Source: Candidatus Tayloriibacteriota bacterium (lineage in GTDB: Bacteria; Patescibacteriota; Minisyncoccia; Phycocordibacterales; PALSA-1337). Taken from it: a stretch of 64,000 nt of DNA. The stretch covers positions 7,994 through 71,993 of the forward strand of contig CALRAJ010000002.1 of NCBI GenBank assembly GCA_943350765.1, given 5' to 3'. The translations under genes were made by a program, and so were the position numbers. Shown piece after piece: positions 44,714-54,149 of this stretch (position 1 is the first letter of the stretch; the number at the start of each line of letters is the position of its first letter). The notes under the pieces were generated by a model that was not told the origin of the DNA, ran no database searches, and saw only the letters and a program-made list of their open reading frames with translations.

Positions 44714-47215
44714 ATGTCATTTTTCACAAAAATATTTGGCGATTCACATACAAAAGCCCTAAAGGTGTATTCTCCATTCGTGTCAAAAATCAACGCTTTT
44801 GAGCCGAGTATCAAGGCACTTTCTGATGACGCCCTAAAGGCAAAAACCACTTACTTTAAAGCCGAGCTGGCTAGTGGGAAAACACTCGAGGATATTCTCC
44901 CAGAGGCATTTGCTGTGGTTCGTGAAGCATCTTTTCGTACTCTAGGACAGCGTCATTTTGATGTTCAGCTTTTAGGTGGAATGGTGCTTCATCATGGCAA
45001 GATTGCTGAGATGAGAACAGGAGAAGGTAAAACTCTCGTCGCCACCCTTCCTGCTTATCTCAATGCACTCACGGGCAAGGGTGTGCAGGTGGTTACAGTC
45101 AATGACTATCTATCACGCCGTGATGCGGTGTGGATGGGGCAGGTATATTCTTTTCTCGGACTTTCGGTAGGTGTGATAAATCATGAAGCCTCTTTTCTCT
45201 ACGATCCAAATCACAAAGAACTCGATAGTGAGCGAGATGAAGTCGGAGCATTTAAAGTTATCCACGAGTTCCTCCGCCCAGTTTCTCGTCGAGATGCCTA
45301 TTTGGCGGATATTACCTATGGTACAAACAATGAATACGGTTTTGACTTTTTACGAGACAATATTGAGTACCAAGTAGGCAATCTTCGCCAGAGAGAATAT
45401 AACTTTGCTATTGTGGACGAAATCGACTCAATCCTCATTGATGAGGCTCGTACCCCGCTGATTATTTCTGCACCGACCGCGGAGTCTGGAGATCTGTATG
45501 TTACTTTTGCCCAGATTGCGAACAAGCTCAAGCAGGAGCAAGACTATACTATTGATGAAAAGTTAAAAGCTATTACGCTCACCGATGCGGGTATCACTTC
45601 TGCTGAAAAGATTCTCGGTGTCGAAAATATCTATACCGAAAAGGGGATTAAATATGTGCATCATCTCGAGACGGCTGTCCGAGCCAAGGCACTTTTTCAT
45701 CTCGATAAAGAGTATGTAGTAAGAGACGGGGAGATAATGATTGTCGATGAGTTTACCGGCCGAATGCAACCGGGTAGAAGATGGTCAGAGGGCTTGCATC
45801 AGGCGATCGAGGCAAAGGAGGGAGTGAAGATTCAAAAAGAGTCACGGACTTTTGCGTCTATTACATTTCAAAATTATTTCCGTCTTTACAAAAAGCTCGC
45901 GGGTATGACTGGTACCGCACTCACCTCGAGCGAGGAGTTTTACAAGGTTTACGGACTAGATACTGTCGTGATTCCGACCAACAAGCAGATTCAGCGTCTC
46001 GATCACAATGACCTCATTTTCCAGACCGAGTCGGGCAAATTTAAAGCGGTAGCGAGGAAAATAAAAGAACTCAACAAAGCAGGTCAGCCAGTACTTGTAG
46101 GTACTGTGTCTATCGAGAAAAACGAAGTACTTTCGGAGTATCTAAAACGCGAAGGTGTGCCACACGAGCTTTTGAATGCTAAAAATCACGAGCGAGAGGG
46201 AGAAATTATCGCGCAAGCTGGTAAAAAAGGTGCGGTAACTATTGCTACCAACATGGCAGGACGAGGGGTGGATATCAAGCTCGGAGGCAATCCGACCACA
46301 CCCGAAGCACAGGCGGAAGTACTCTCACTCGGTGGACTTTTTGTGCTGGGTACAGAGCGACATGAGGCACGGCGTATTGATAATCAGCTCCGCGGACGAT
46401 CTGGTAGACAAGGTGATCCTGGTGCGACACAGTTTTTCGTATCTCTCGAGGACTCACTGATGCGAATATTTGCGTCCGATACTATTAAAACCGTGATGGG
46501 TAAGCTCGGTGTGGCCGAGGACGAGGCGGTAGAAAACAGAATGATTACTCGCTCGCTCGAAACAGCTCAGACTAAGATCGAAGGTTTTAATTTTGACTCT
46601 CGAAAACATGTGCTTGAGTATGACGATGTTCTAAATCTTCAGCGAAAGACGGTGTACGAAAGAAGACGAAAGATTCTCGTCGGTACCGTAGCCGATGTTA
46701 AAGAAAAGCTTGCTGAGGTGGTGGGTGATGATGCTGGGTTACTCAAGGTGATTGTCGAAAAAGTCGCGTCTATAGGTGAGGAAATTTATTTTAATACCAT
46801 ACGACAGCTTTTGCTCCAGACCATAGATATGTTTTGGGTGGAGCATCTCGAGCTTATGGATTATGTCCGCTCGAGTGTAAATCTCCGTGCTTATGGTCAG
46901 CGTGATCCTCTGGTGGAATACAAAAAAGAAGGTTTGCGACTGTTTAAAGAAATGCAGACGGCGATCGATGAACAGATTTGCAAACTTTTACCAAATGTCG
47001 GCGGTGTCGCACTTTCCCATGAGGAGGTAAAACTCCAAGAAGTGCATGAGCAGGCACAGGTGATCGGTAGTGGTGATGGAGATGCAAACAAAGCTCATTC
47101 TGGAGGTTCTCTGGTCCCTGAGGCACCCAAAAATTCCGACGGAGAGAAAATAGGTAGAAACGACCTCTGTCACTGCGGGTCTGGAAAGAAGTTTAAAAAG
47201 TGTCATGGGAAGTAA
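44714..47215 (+). CDS. secA: Preprotein translocase ATPase SecA (start refined from 44669)
   Basis: MRTGEGKTLVATLPAYLNALTGKGVQVVTVNDYL (Walker A/NBD1), DEAD-like motifs, C-terminal zinc finger CHCGSGKKFKKCHG. Confidence 0.9.
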   Translation: MSFFTKIFGDSHTKALKVYSPFVSKINAFEPSIKALSDDALKAKTTYFKAELASGKTLEDILPEAFAVVREASFRTLGQRHFDVQLLGGMVLHHGKIAEMRTGEGKTLVATLPAYLNALTGKGVQVVTVNDYLSRRDAVWMGQVYSFLGLSVGVINHEASFLYDPNHKELDSERDEVGAFKVIHEFLRPVSRRDAYLADITYGTNNEYGFDFLRDNIEYQVGNLRQREYNFAIVDEIDSILIDEARTPLIISAPTAESGDLYVTFAQIANKLKQEQDYTIDEKLKAITLTDAGITSAEKILGVENIYTEKGIKYVHHLETAVRAKALFHLDKEYVVRDGEIMIVDEFTGRMQPGRRWSEGLHQAIEAKEGVKIQKESRTFASITFQNYFRLYKKLAGMTGTALTSSEEFYKVYGLDTVVIPTNKQIQRLDHNDLIFQTESGKFKAVARKIKELNKAGQPVLVGTVSIEKNEVLSEYLKREGVPHELLNAKNHEREGEIIAQAGKKGAVTIATNMAGRGVDIKLGGNPTTPEAQAEVLSLGGLFVLGTERHEARRIDNQLRGRSGRQGDPGATQFFVSLEDSLMRIFASDTIKTVMGKLGVAEDEAVENRMITRSLETAQTKIEGFNFDSRKHVLEYDDVLNLQRKTVYERRRKILVGTVADVKEKLAEVVGDDAGLLKVIVEKVASIGEEIYFNTIRQLLLQTIDMFWVEHLELMDYVRSSVNLRAYGQRDPLVEYKKEGLRLFKEMQTAIDEQICKLLPNVGGVALSHEEVKLQEVHEQAQVIGSGDGDANKAHSGGSLVPEAPKNSDGEKIGRNDLCHCGSGKKFKKCHGK

Positions 47216-47292
47216 GTAAATGAAAACACTTTGGTGGTTAAAATGCTAGATTTCCAGATTTTAAATCAAGCTAAAAATGTCTAAAAGTATTT

Positions 47293-47814
47293 ATGCAACA
47301 CAAAGACATAAAAAAACTCATCAAGATACTGAAAACAATCGACATTGTCAGAAAAGAGTCGGTAACACTAAAGTATGCTGGTGATTCTGCTATCTATATA
47401 GATATTAAAAAAGCTTATGGATACCCTGAGGCACTTGTTTTAATGTGTAAATTAATGATGGAAAAAATCGATGGGAAAATAGACTGCATTGCTTCGGGAG
47501 GCTACGGAGGCTTACCTTTGGCGGGGGCGATGGCAGTAAAATTTAAGCTAAAACTCGCTTTGATAAGAGAGAAACCAAAAAGTCATGGTAGAAATGTGTG
47601 GATTGATGGTTATGTACCAAAAGCAGATGAGAAAGTTTGGGTAGTGGACGATGTGTTCACCACGGGAAACAGTCTCAAACAAATAATTAAAACTTTAAAA
47701 TCAACAAAAGCCGAGGTGGTCGGATGCAGTGTGGTGGTAAGGAGGGGTATTGGTAAAATCGCTCTGCCATGCAAACACCTGATGACCATTGAGGATCTAG
47801 TCATAAATATATGA
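47293..47814 (+). CDS. Type I phosphoribosyltransferase (orotate PRTase-like)
   Basis: PRPP-binding motif VWVVDDVFTTGNSL; size 173 aa. Confidence 0.6.
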   Translation: MQHKDIKKLIKILKTIDIVRKESVTLKYAGDSAIYIDIKKAYGYPEALVLMCKLMMEKIDGKIDCIASGGYGGLPLAGAMAVKFKLKLALIREKPKSHGRNVWIDGYVPKADEKVWVVDDVFTTGNSLKQIIKTLKSTKAEVVGCSVVVRRGIGKIALPCKHLMTIEDLVINI

Positions 47815-48305
47815 AGAATAAAGTTTTATATCACGGTTCAAAAGTTCCAAACATTAAGGTTTTAGAGCCACAAGCTCATGTGGTATGTAAAGGCAGAAAA
47901 GTTGTATTTGCGACGGATAATAGAAATTATGCGTTAGCTATGATACATGCGACTGGAAATGAGTTGGCAGTTTCATATGCCGTTAATTCAAAAACAGATA
48001 AAATAAAAATTTACATTGATGAATTGCAGATTGGAAAATTGAAGCTCCTAGAAAATGTTGGTTATCTCTACGAGGTTGAAAAAGAACACTTTGAACCAAG
48101 TCCTGAAAAACTCAAGGGCGAATTTGTGAGTTATGATACCGTTACTATTTTGTCAGAAATAAAAATAGATAATATTGCAAAAGAATTAACGACTGCAGAA
48201 GATGTTTATTTTGTACAGTATGATAATGTTTTGAAATCAATGCAAGAGAGGGGGAAGATTCTTAAGAACCCGGAGATCAAACACGGTGTAGATCGCTTCG
48301 AATAA
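47811..48305 (+). CDS. Hypothetical protein
   Basis: 164-aa ORF; ATGA overlap with the upstream gene; no motif. Confidence 0.4.
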   Translation: MKNKVLYHGSKVPNIKVLEPQAHVVCKGRKVVFATDNRNYALAMIHATGNELAVSYAVNSKTDKIKIYIDELQIGKLKLLENVGYLYEVEKEHFEPSPEKLKGEFVSYDTVTILSEIKIDNIAKELTTAEDVYFVQYDNVLKSMQERGKILKNPEIKHGVDRFE

Positions 48306-48408
48306 TTTTGTGCGTTTCACCTTCAAAACTAAATCCAATAGTTGGACCTGCCGTTTGAAGTTTTTAGAATAGATTCTGAAACCATGTTATACTGAGACGA
48401 TACAAAAT

Positions 48409-49266
48409 ATGAAAAATAAATTCACAACACTTTTTTTGGTCGGTGTTTTTGGGCTTTTGGTATTGGTTGGTGCTTTTTATTATAAATCAAGTCAAGATGT
48501 GAGTCCGATCAAAGATACAGCTTTGGTAATTAGTACAAGTAGTAATCTAAAGACGGTCAATCCTAGTCAGGAAGATGTGTCGGTCACTAATCTAAAAAAG
48601 ACGAGTGCTGAGATTGCAAGTGAGATTAGAGAGAAAAATTTCGAATTATTACAATCACCGCGTCAGATTACTTTTGCCGAGGCTTTGGATAAGGCAAATT
48701 ATGTGTCAAATCTGACTAAAATTCGTCCCGCTTTCCTTCTTGCGATTTTTCAAGAGGAATTGGCATTAGAGAAATTTGATATGTGTTATCTTACAAATCT
48801 CAAGACCGGTGATGGGGTTAGAGTTACAGATAATATGTTCAAACCAAAAACCATGCACCCGACACGAGATTTACCTCCTTTTATAAAAATTATGAAAGAA
48901 CTTGGGAAAGATCCTCTAAACACGCTGATCACCTGCCCCATGAGCTTTGGTTGGGGTGGGGCAATGGGACCAGCGGATTTTATCCCCTCAACATGGATGA
49001 TGTATAAAAAGCGGGTAGAGAGTGTTACTAAAAAACCAGCGGATCCCTGGAATATTGAGGATGCTTTTTTGGCAGCCGGTTTGTTTTTGGCAGATGCCGG
49101 AGCAAAGTCAAAAAACAGTTCTGGAGAACGGAAGGCCGCAACGATATATTTTTCAGGTTCAGCCAATTCCCCACATACTTTTTATGCCGATGGTGCTCTC
49201 AAGATTGCCGAACAAATCCAAAAGGATATAGATGTTGTAGAGGCACTTCTACCTGACATGAAGTAA
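48409..49266 (+). CDS. Lytic murein transglycosylase (MltB/Slt35-like), membrane-anchored
   Basis: N-terminal TM; GWGGAMGPADFIPSTW matches the GAMGxxQFMPSTW block of family 3 lytic transglycosylases. Confidence 0.55.
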   Translation: MKNKFTTLFLVGVFGLLVLVGAFYYKSSQDVSPIKDTALVISTSSNLKTVNPSQEDVSVTNLKKTSAEIASEIREKNFELLQSPRQITFAEALDKANYVSNLTKIRPAFLLAIFQEELALEKFDMCYLTNLKTGDGVRVTDNMFKPKTMHPTRDLPPFIKIMKELGKDPLNTLITCPMSFGWGGAMGPADFIPSTWMMYKKRVESVTKKPADPWNIEDAFLAAGLFLADAGAKSKNSSGERKAATIYFSGSANSPHTFYADGALKIAEQIQKDIDVVEALLPDMK

Positions 49267-49303
49267 AGTGGTATGATTAGATGACCATTAAATTAATAAA
49301 ATT

Positions 49304-50197
49304 ATGTGGTCATTTTATAAAAAAATAAAAGTTGTCACGCACGATAGTCATTTTCACGCTGATGATGTGTGCGCGATCGCATCACTCTCCATGCTCTATG
49401 GTAACAAAATAAAAGTTATTCGTAGCCGTGATCCAAAAATAATCGAGCAGGGAGACATCGTACTTGATGTCGGCGGTAAATACGACGGTGTACGATTTTT
49501 TGATCATCACCAGATTGGTGGTGCGGGCAAACGAGACAATAACATACCCTACGCGGCATTCGGCCTCATCTGGAAGCGTTTTGGAAAAGAGATTTGTAAA
49601 AGTGAGACGGTGGCCAAGCGTTTTGATGAAGTGTTTGTCCAGCCGATCGATGCCAATGATAACGGAGTCTCTATTTCCGAGACCAAATTTTCTGGTGTGT
49701 ACCCGTTTAAATTTGACGCCTTTGTATTCGCTTCAAACCCCACATGGAAAGAGTCTGATGCGTGTCGAGATGAGAAGTTTTTCCAAACCGTAGAGCTTTT
49801 TAAAAAGATCATTGCAAGAGAAATTGTTTTCCTACAACACGAGGAAGAAGCTAGGGAAAAGGTGCTAGCCGAGTACGCACAAGCCGAAGATAAAAGGATT
49901 GTAATCCTCTCGAAACATTATCCTGTTCAGGATGTACTTACCGCAATACCCGAAACACTATTTTATGTTTACCCACGAGATAGTGGTATCTGGGGTGTGC
50001 GGGCGGTACGCGATGTGGGAATGGATTACAAAAACCGCAAAGACTTACCAGCCAGCTGGGCAGGGAAGCGCGATGCTGAGCTAGCACAGATAACGGGTGT
50101 TCCCGATGCCATCTTTTGTCACAATGCTCGTTTTATGATAGTCGCTGGATCAAAAGAGGGGGCGGTTATGCTTGCACAGAAAGCCATAGATCTGTAA
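49304..50197 (+). CDS. MYG1/UPF0160 metal-dependent hydrolase
   Basis: VVTHDSHFHADDVCAIASL (HxxxFHADD) and FDHHQ motifs. Confidence 0.7.
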   Translation: MWSFYKKIKVVTHDSHFHADDVCAIASLSMLYGNKIKVIRSRDPKIIEQGDIVLDVGGKYDGVRFFDHHQIGGAGKRDNNIPYAAFGLIWKRFGKEICKSETVAKRFDEVFVQPIDANDNGVSISETKFSGVYPFKFDAFVFASNPTWKESDACRDEKFFQTVELFKKIIAREIVFLQHEEEAREKVLAEYAQAEDKRIVILSKHYPVQDVLTAIPETLFYVYPRDSGIWGVRAVRDVGMDYKNRKDLPASWAGKRDAELAQITGVPDAIFCHNARFMIVAGSKEGAVMLAQKAIDL

Positions 50198-50206
50198 ATA
50201 GAAAAA

Positions 50207-50767
50207 ATGAAAACAAAAATAATTTTACATGGTGGATATGCATCTCATAAGAATGAACAGAACGATCAGTTTTTTAAGGAAATACTTTCTACAACAAAGA
50301 AAGTGGTAAATATTCTGCTTGTTTATTTTGCAAAAGAGTCAGAAAGGGTTGAGGTCAATCGTGAGGAGGATATTTTTATGTTTAATAAAAATAATGAGAA
50401 TAAAACCCTTAATTTCGAAGTAGCTACTGAACATTTTTTTGTAGATCAGGTAAAAAGAGCAGATATTGTATATCTTCATGGAGGAACAACTTTAAAAATA
50501 TTAAATACACTTAAAGATTTTCCAAATTTAAAAAGCATGTTTGAGGGCAAAGTTATTGCAGGTGAGTCTGCTGGATCATATGTTTTGTCGAGCTTATTCT
50601 ATTCAGTGAAAGCGGGTGGCATTTTCGAAGGATTGGGATTTGTACCAGTAAAGATGATTTGTCATTTTTCTAATGAAAAGAAGGATAAATTTGAAGGATT
50701 AAAAGATAGAAATGAGTTGGAAAGTTTATTTTTATCGGACTACGAATATAAAGTCTTTCACATCTGA
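50207..50767 (+). CDS. Peptidase S51-like (dipeptidase E / class I glutamine-amidotransferase-like)
   Basis: ILHGGYAS, YLHGGTTLKIL, GESAGS nucleophile-elbow-like. Confidence 0.5.
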   Translation: MKTKIILHGGYASHKNEQNDQFFKEILSTTKKVVNILLVYFAKESERVEVNREEDIFMFNKNNENKTLNFEVATEHFFVDQVKRADIVYLHGGTTLKILNTLKDFPNLKSMFEGKVIAGESAGSYVLSSLFYSVKAGGIFEGLGFVPVKMICHFSNEKKDKFEGLKDRNELESLFLSDYEYKVFHI

Positions 50768-50856
50768 ATGTAAAAAAATGGCTTGATCTATAGTTAGTAA
50801 GATTTGTCGGTTGTTCAAGACCTTACCCTAAAGCTAGGTTATATAATCACAAAAAT

Positions 50857-51020
50857 TCAAAGGCTAAACGCTAGCGTTTAGCCTTTGAATTTTTGACCCA
50901 ATAGCCGATTTTGAGCCTAATTTTGCCAAACCGTGGCTAAAAATCATTCATACTTCCTTTTTGAACATCTAGCTCTGTATAGCCACGCTAAACGGCTAAA
51001 CTCATGAGTTTAGCCGTTTA
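50857..51020. repeat. Two perfect 34-bp palindromes of the AACGGCTAAAC family
   Basis: TTCAAAGGCTAAACGCTAGCGTTTAGCCTTTGAA (50857-50890) and CTAAACGGCTAAACTCATGAGTTTAGCCGTTTAG (50987-51020), both with palindromic 4-bp centres. Confidence 0.65.
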
Positions 51021-51132
51021 GTGGGTGCGGGATGGGGTTTGGTAGGGTAAAATCCCCCTCGACATACTCTCCGCGGGGGTCATTCCTTTCTCCAGGACTA
51101 CCCATTTTTCGCTAGTTTTTTAGCCTAAAATC

Positions 51133-51141
51133 TGCTATAAT
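51133..51141 (+). promoter_or_regulatory. Extended -10 TGCTATAAT, 9 nt upstream of the obg ATG
   Basis: Same TGnTATAAT-N9-ATG architecture as at 43669 and 44696. Confidence 0.4.
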
Positions 51142-51150
51142 GCTCTCACT

Positions 51151-52125
51151 ATGTCTTTTATCGATGAGGCACAATTTCATATCAAGGCTGGCAACGGTGG
51201 ACACGGTGTAGTCCGTTGGCGTCACGAAAAGGGCAAGGAATTTTCTGGTCCATCCGGTGGCGATGGTGGCAAAGGTGCTGATGTGTATATGCGAGCAGTA
51301 CGAGATGTGGGTATTCTCGGGCGGTATAGACATGTAAAAGAGTTTGTGGGTGAGCATGGTGTAGATGGTATGCGAAATAGTATGCATGGTAGTGATGGTA
51401 AAGATTTGATAATTGACTTGCCGATCGGTGCTATTGTAACAAATGTCCTAACTGGTAAAAAGTTTAGCTTACTTACCGAAGATGAGACGGTGTATATTTT
51501 AAAAGGTGGTCGAGGGGGAATGGGCAATGAGCAGTTTAAAAGCTCGGTGAATATTCGTCCTGAGGAGTCCACAAAAGGTAAGCCCGGTGAAGAAGGTGAT
51601 TTTGCTATCGAGCTAGAGCTAGTGGTAGACGCTGGACTGATCGGTATACCAAATGCTGGCAAGTCCAGTCTTTTGAATGAGCTCACAAATGCATCATCAA
51701 AAGTGGGTAGCTATCAGTTTACGACACTTGAGCCACATCTAGGCGCACTTTCTGGTGGATTTGTGCTTGCGGACATCCCAGGACTCATTGAAGGTGCGTC
51801 AGAGGGGAAAGGTCTCGGACATGCTTTTCTCCGACATATCAAACGCACTAAAATGATTTTGCATTGTCTCTCGCTCGAGAACACAGCTCTGGTGGAGACA
51901 TACAAAATCATTAGAAAAGAATTGATGGACTACGACCCAGCACTCGCAGAGAAAAAGGAAGTGGTAATCCTGACCAAGACAGATTTGGTGACAGAAAAGG
52001 CTATAGCGACTGCCATAGGAAAAATCAAAAAATACAATAAAGATATTTTTACTGTTACAGTATACGATGATGCTTCGATAAAAAAGCTAAATGATGGTTT
52101 GGTGAAAATGTTACGGGTGATGTAG
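51151..52125 (+). CDS. obg: GTPase Obg/CgtA
   Basis: Obg fold N-terminus (FIDEAQFHIKAGNGGHG..GGDGGKGADV) and G-domain motifs GIPNAGKSSLL, DIPGLIEGA, TKTD. Confidence 0.9.
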   Translation: MSFIDEAQFHIKAGNGGHGVVRWRHEKGKEFSGPSGGDGGKGADVYMRAVRDVGILGRYRHVKEFVGEHGVDGMRNSMHGSDGKDLIIDLPIGAIVTNVLTGKKFSLLTEDETVYILKGGRGGMGNEQFKSSVNIRPEESTKGKPGEEGDFAIELELVVDAGLIGIPNAGKSSLLNELTNASSKVGSYQFTTLEPHLGALSGGFVLADIPGLIEGASEGKGLGHAFLRHIKRTKMILHCLSLENTALVETYKIIRKELMDYDPALAEKKEVVILTKTDLVTEKAIATAIGKIKKYNKDIFTVTVYDDASIKKLNDGLVKMLRVM

Positions 52126-52131
52126 GTCTTT

Positions 52132-52324
52132 GGAATTAGAAAATTCTTTCTCGGTCTGCCGATGTGAAAGTCCTTTAAAACCCCAAATTACGAAATACCT
52201 TTCTTGGCATATCTTTTAAAAGGCACGAGTATTTCTTTGGTAAGAAATCTCTCAAGTCTCAGCTACCCGCTTCCGAAGTCCTTTTAAAAGATACGCCTGC
52301 GACGGTATTCTGTAATTTGGGGTT
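52132..52324. mobile_element. MITE-like element: internally deleted remnant (52132-52182) abutting full copy 4 (52181-52324)
   Basis: Remnant GGAATTAGAAAATTCTTTCTCGG...CCGATGTGAAAGTCCTTTAAAA equals the ends of the copy-3 variant joined by a deletion. The full copy starts CCCCAAATTACGAAATACC and ends GTATTCTGTAATTTGGGG. Confidence 0.65.
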
Positions 52325-52376
52325 TTAAAACACATATTCTCAACAGATTTTCTCATTTCAGTCAGTATATGCTAAA

Positions 52377-53834
52377 ATGAAAAAAAGTATGGATACATAT
52401 AAAGCCACAATCGGACTAGAAATACATGCGGAATTGAAAACCAAGACCAAGGTTTTTTGTGCGTGCGTAAACTCTGCTGATGAAGTGCGACCAAATGTAA
52501 ATATCTGCCCAGTTTGTATGGGTCATCCTGGGACACTTCCTGTGCTAAATAGGGAGGCTGTAAAGCATGTACTCAAAGTCGGCTATTCTATCGGGGCGAC
52601 CATTGCCGATTTTACAGAGTTTGACCGCAAAAATTATTTTTATCCGGACATTCCAAAAGGCTATCAGATCAGTCAGTACAAGTACCCGCTCGTTTCAGGT
52701 GGTGTGCTAGCTGGGGTGAAAATTACCCGTGTGCATCTCGAGGAGGATACTGCTCGTTCTACCCACGACACTGGAGACTATAGTCTAGTGGATTTCAACC
52801 GTGCGGGTGTGCCACTTATGGAGCTAGTTACAGAGCCTGTGATACATAGTGCTGAGGAGGCGGTGCGTTTTGCTCGTGAGCTACAGCTACTTTTACGCTA
52901 TCTCGGGGTTGGAGATGCTAATATGGAAAAAGGGGAGATGCGTGTCGAGGCAAATATATCGGTGAGTCCCGAGTCGAAAGGAGAAAGTCAAAAGTTAGGT
53001 ACCAAAACAGAAGTCAAAAACCTCAACTCCTTCAAGGTGGTAGAAAAAGCGATTGCCTGTGAGATAAAAAGACAGATTGCCTTGCTCGAAAGTGGTGAAA
53101 AAGTGATACAGGAAACTCGTGGCTGGGATGAGGCTGGGCAAAAAACATACTCTCAGAGAATCAAAGAGGATTCGCATGACTACCGATATTTTCCAGAGCC
53201 AGATTTGCCAAAACTCAAGCTCAGTGAGATTGTAGAATTTAAAAAAGAAGTGCTTGAAAAAGAGCTGGGTGAGCTTCCGTGGCAAAAGCGCGAAAGACTT
53301 CAGAAAGATTTTGCTCTCAAGCCTCTAGACGCCGAGATTTTTGTGCAGTCAAAAGAGCTGGCGGACTATTTCGAGCAGGTGATCAAGCGGTTTCAGCCAA
53401 ACACTAAATTGGTAAAACTATCTGCCAACTATATTCTTTCAGATTATCTCGGCTTGCTTAAAAACGACACTACTGGAGCGACTATTTCAAAAATCTCTCC
53501 AGAAAGTTTCTCAAAACTTATACAAATGGTGGGGGACAATAAACTTTCGTCTCGAGGGGCAAAAGACACCATGCTCGCACTTTTTACTGATGGCGGTGAG
53601 CCAGAGGAGGTTGCAACAGCTCGAGGTCTAATACAAAAAAGTGATGAGGGTGAGCTGATGAAAGTGGTTTCGGTAATAATCGAGGCTAACCCAAATGTAG
53701 TGGCGGATTATCGAAGTGGAAAGGAGTCGGCATTACAGTTTCTGATCGGACAGGGGATGAAGGCTACTCGTGGCGGAGCAAACCCTGATGTTCTAAAGAA
53801 GTCTTTTTTGGCTGGATTGACACAGGTGAAGTAG
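52377..53834 (+). CDS. gatB: Asp-tRNA(Asn)/Glu-tRNA(Gln) amidotransferase subunit B
   Basis: TIGLEIHAELKTKTKVFC and downstream GatB/GatE and YqeY-like C-domain. Confidence 0.9.
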   Translation: MKKSMDTYKATIGLEIHAELKTKTKVFCACVNSADEVRPNVNICPVCMGHPGTLPVLNREAVKHVLKVGYSIGATIADFTEFDRKNYFYPDIPKGYQISQYKYPLVSGGVLAGVKITRVHLEEDTARSTHDTGDYSLVDFNRAGVPLMELVTEPVIHSAEEAVRFARELQLLLRYLGVGDANMEKGEMRVEANISVSPESKGESQKLGTKTEVKNLNSFKVVEKAIACEIKRQIALLESGEKVIQETRGWDEAGQKTYSQRIKEDSHDYRYFPEPDLPKLKLSEIVEFKKEVLEKELGELPWQKRERLQKDFALKPLDAEIFVQSKELADYFEQVIKRFQPNTKLVKLSANYILSDYLGLLKNDTTGATISKISPESFSKLIQMVGDNKLSSRGAKDTMLALFTDGGEPEEVATARGLIQKSDEGELMKVVSVIIEANPNVVADYRSGKESALQFLIGQGMKATRGGANPDVLKKSFLAGLTQVK

Positions 53835-53983
53835 TTTTTGGTGGGGAAATGCAAGTCAAGACAGCAGACTTAAGACAGTAGATCAAAAAAATCGAAAAAA
53901 TAATCCCTCTAAAATCGCTACTACAATTTTAGATGGATTGAGCATTTTGAGCAAAATAGCCTCAGGTAGAGCCGTGATTTAGC

Positions 53984-54017
53984 TCAAAGGCTCAACGGTG
54001 TACCGTTGAGCCTTTGA
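53984..54017. repeat. Palindrome TCAAAGGCTCAACGG-TGTA-CCGTTGAGCCTTTGA (AACGGCTCAAC family)
   Basis: 15-16-bp perfect stem with GTAC centre. Confidence 0.55.
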
Positions 54018-54038
54018 CCATGTTTTCCTAAGACCATA

Positions 54039-54070
54039 CATCGATTATACGCATGTGCGTATAATCGATG
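54039..54070. promoter_or_regulatory. Perfect palindrome CATCGATTATACGCA-TG-TGCGTATAATCGATG about 80 nt upstream of gap
   Basis: 15-bp arms; extendable to about 20 bp (CCATACATCGATTATACGCA / TGCGTATAATCGATGTATGG). Candidate operator or terminator. Confidence 0.4.
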
Positions 54071-54149
54071 TATGGCTATGGTCGCGATAGGGTACTTTTT
54101 ATTTTTCTGGTATACTGAATATTACTTACTCATAGATTTAAAAGATAAA

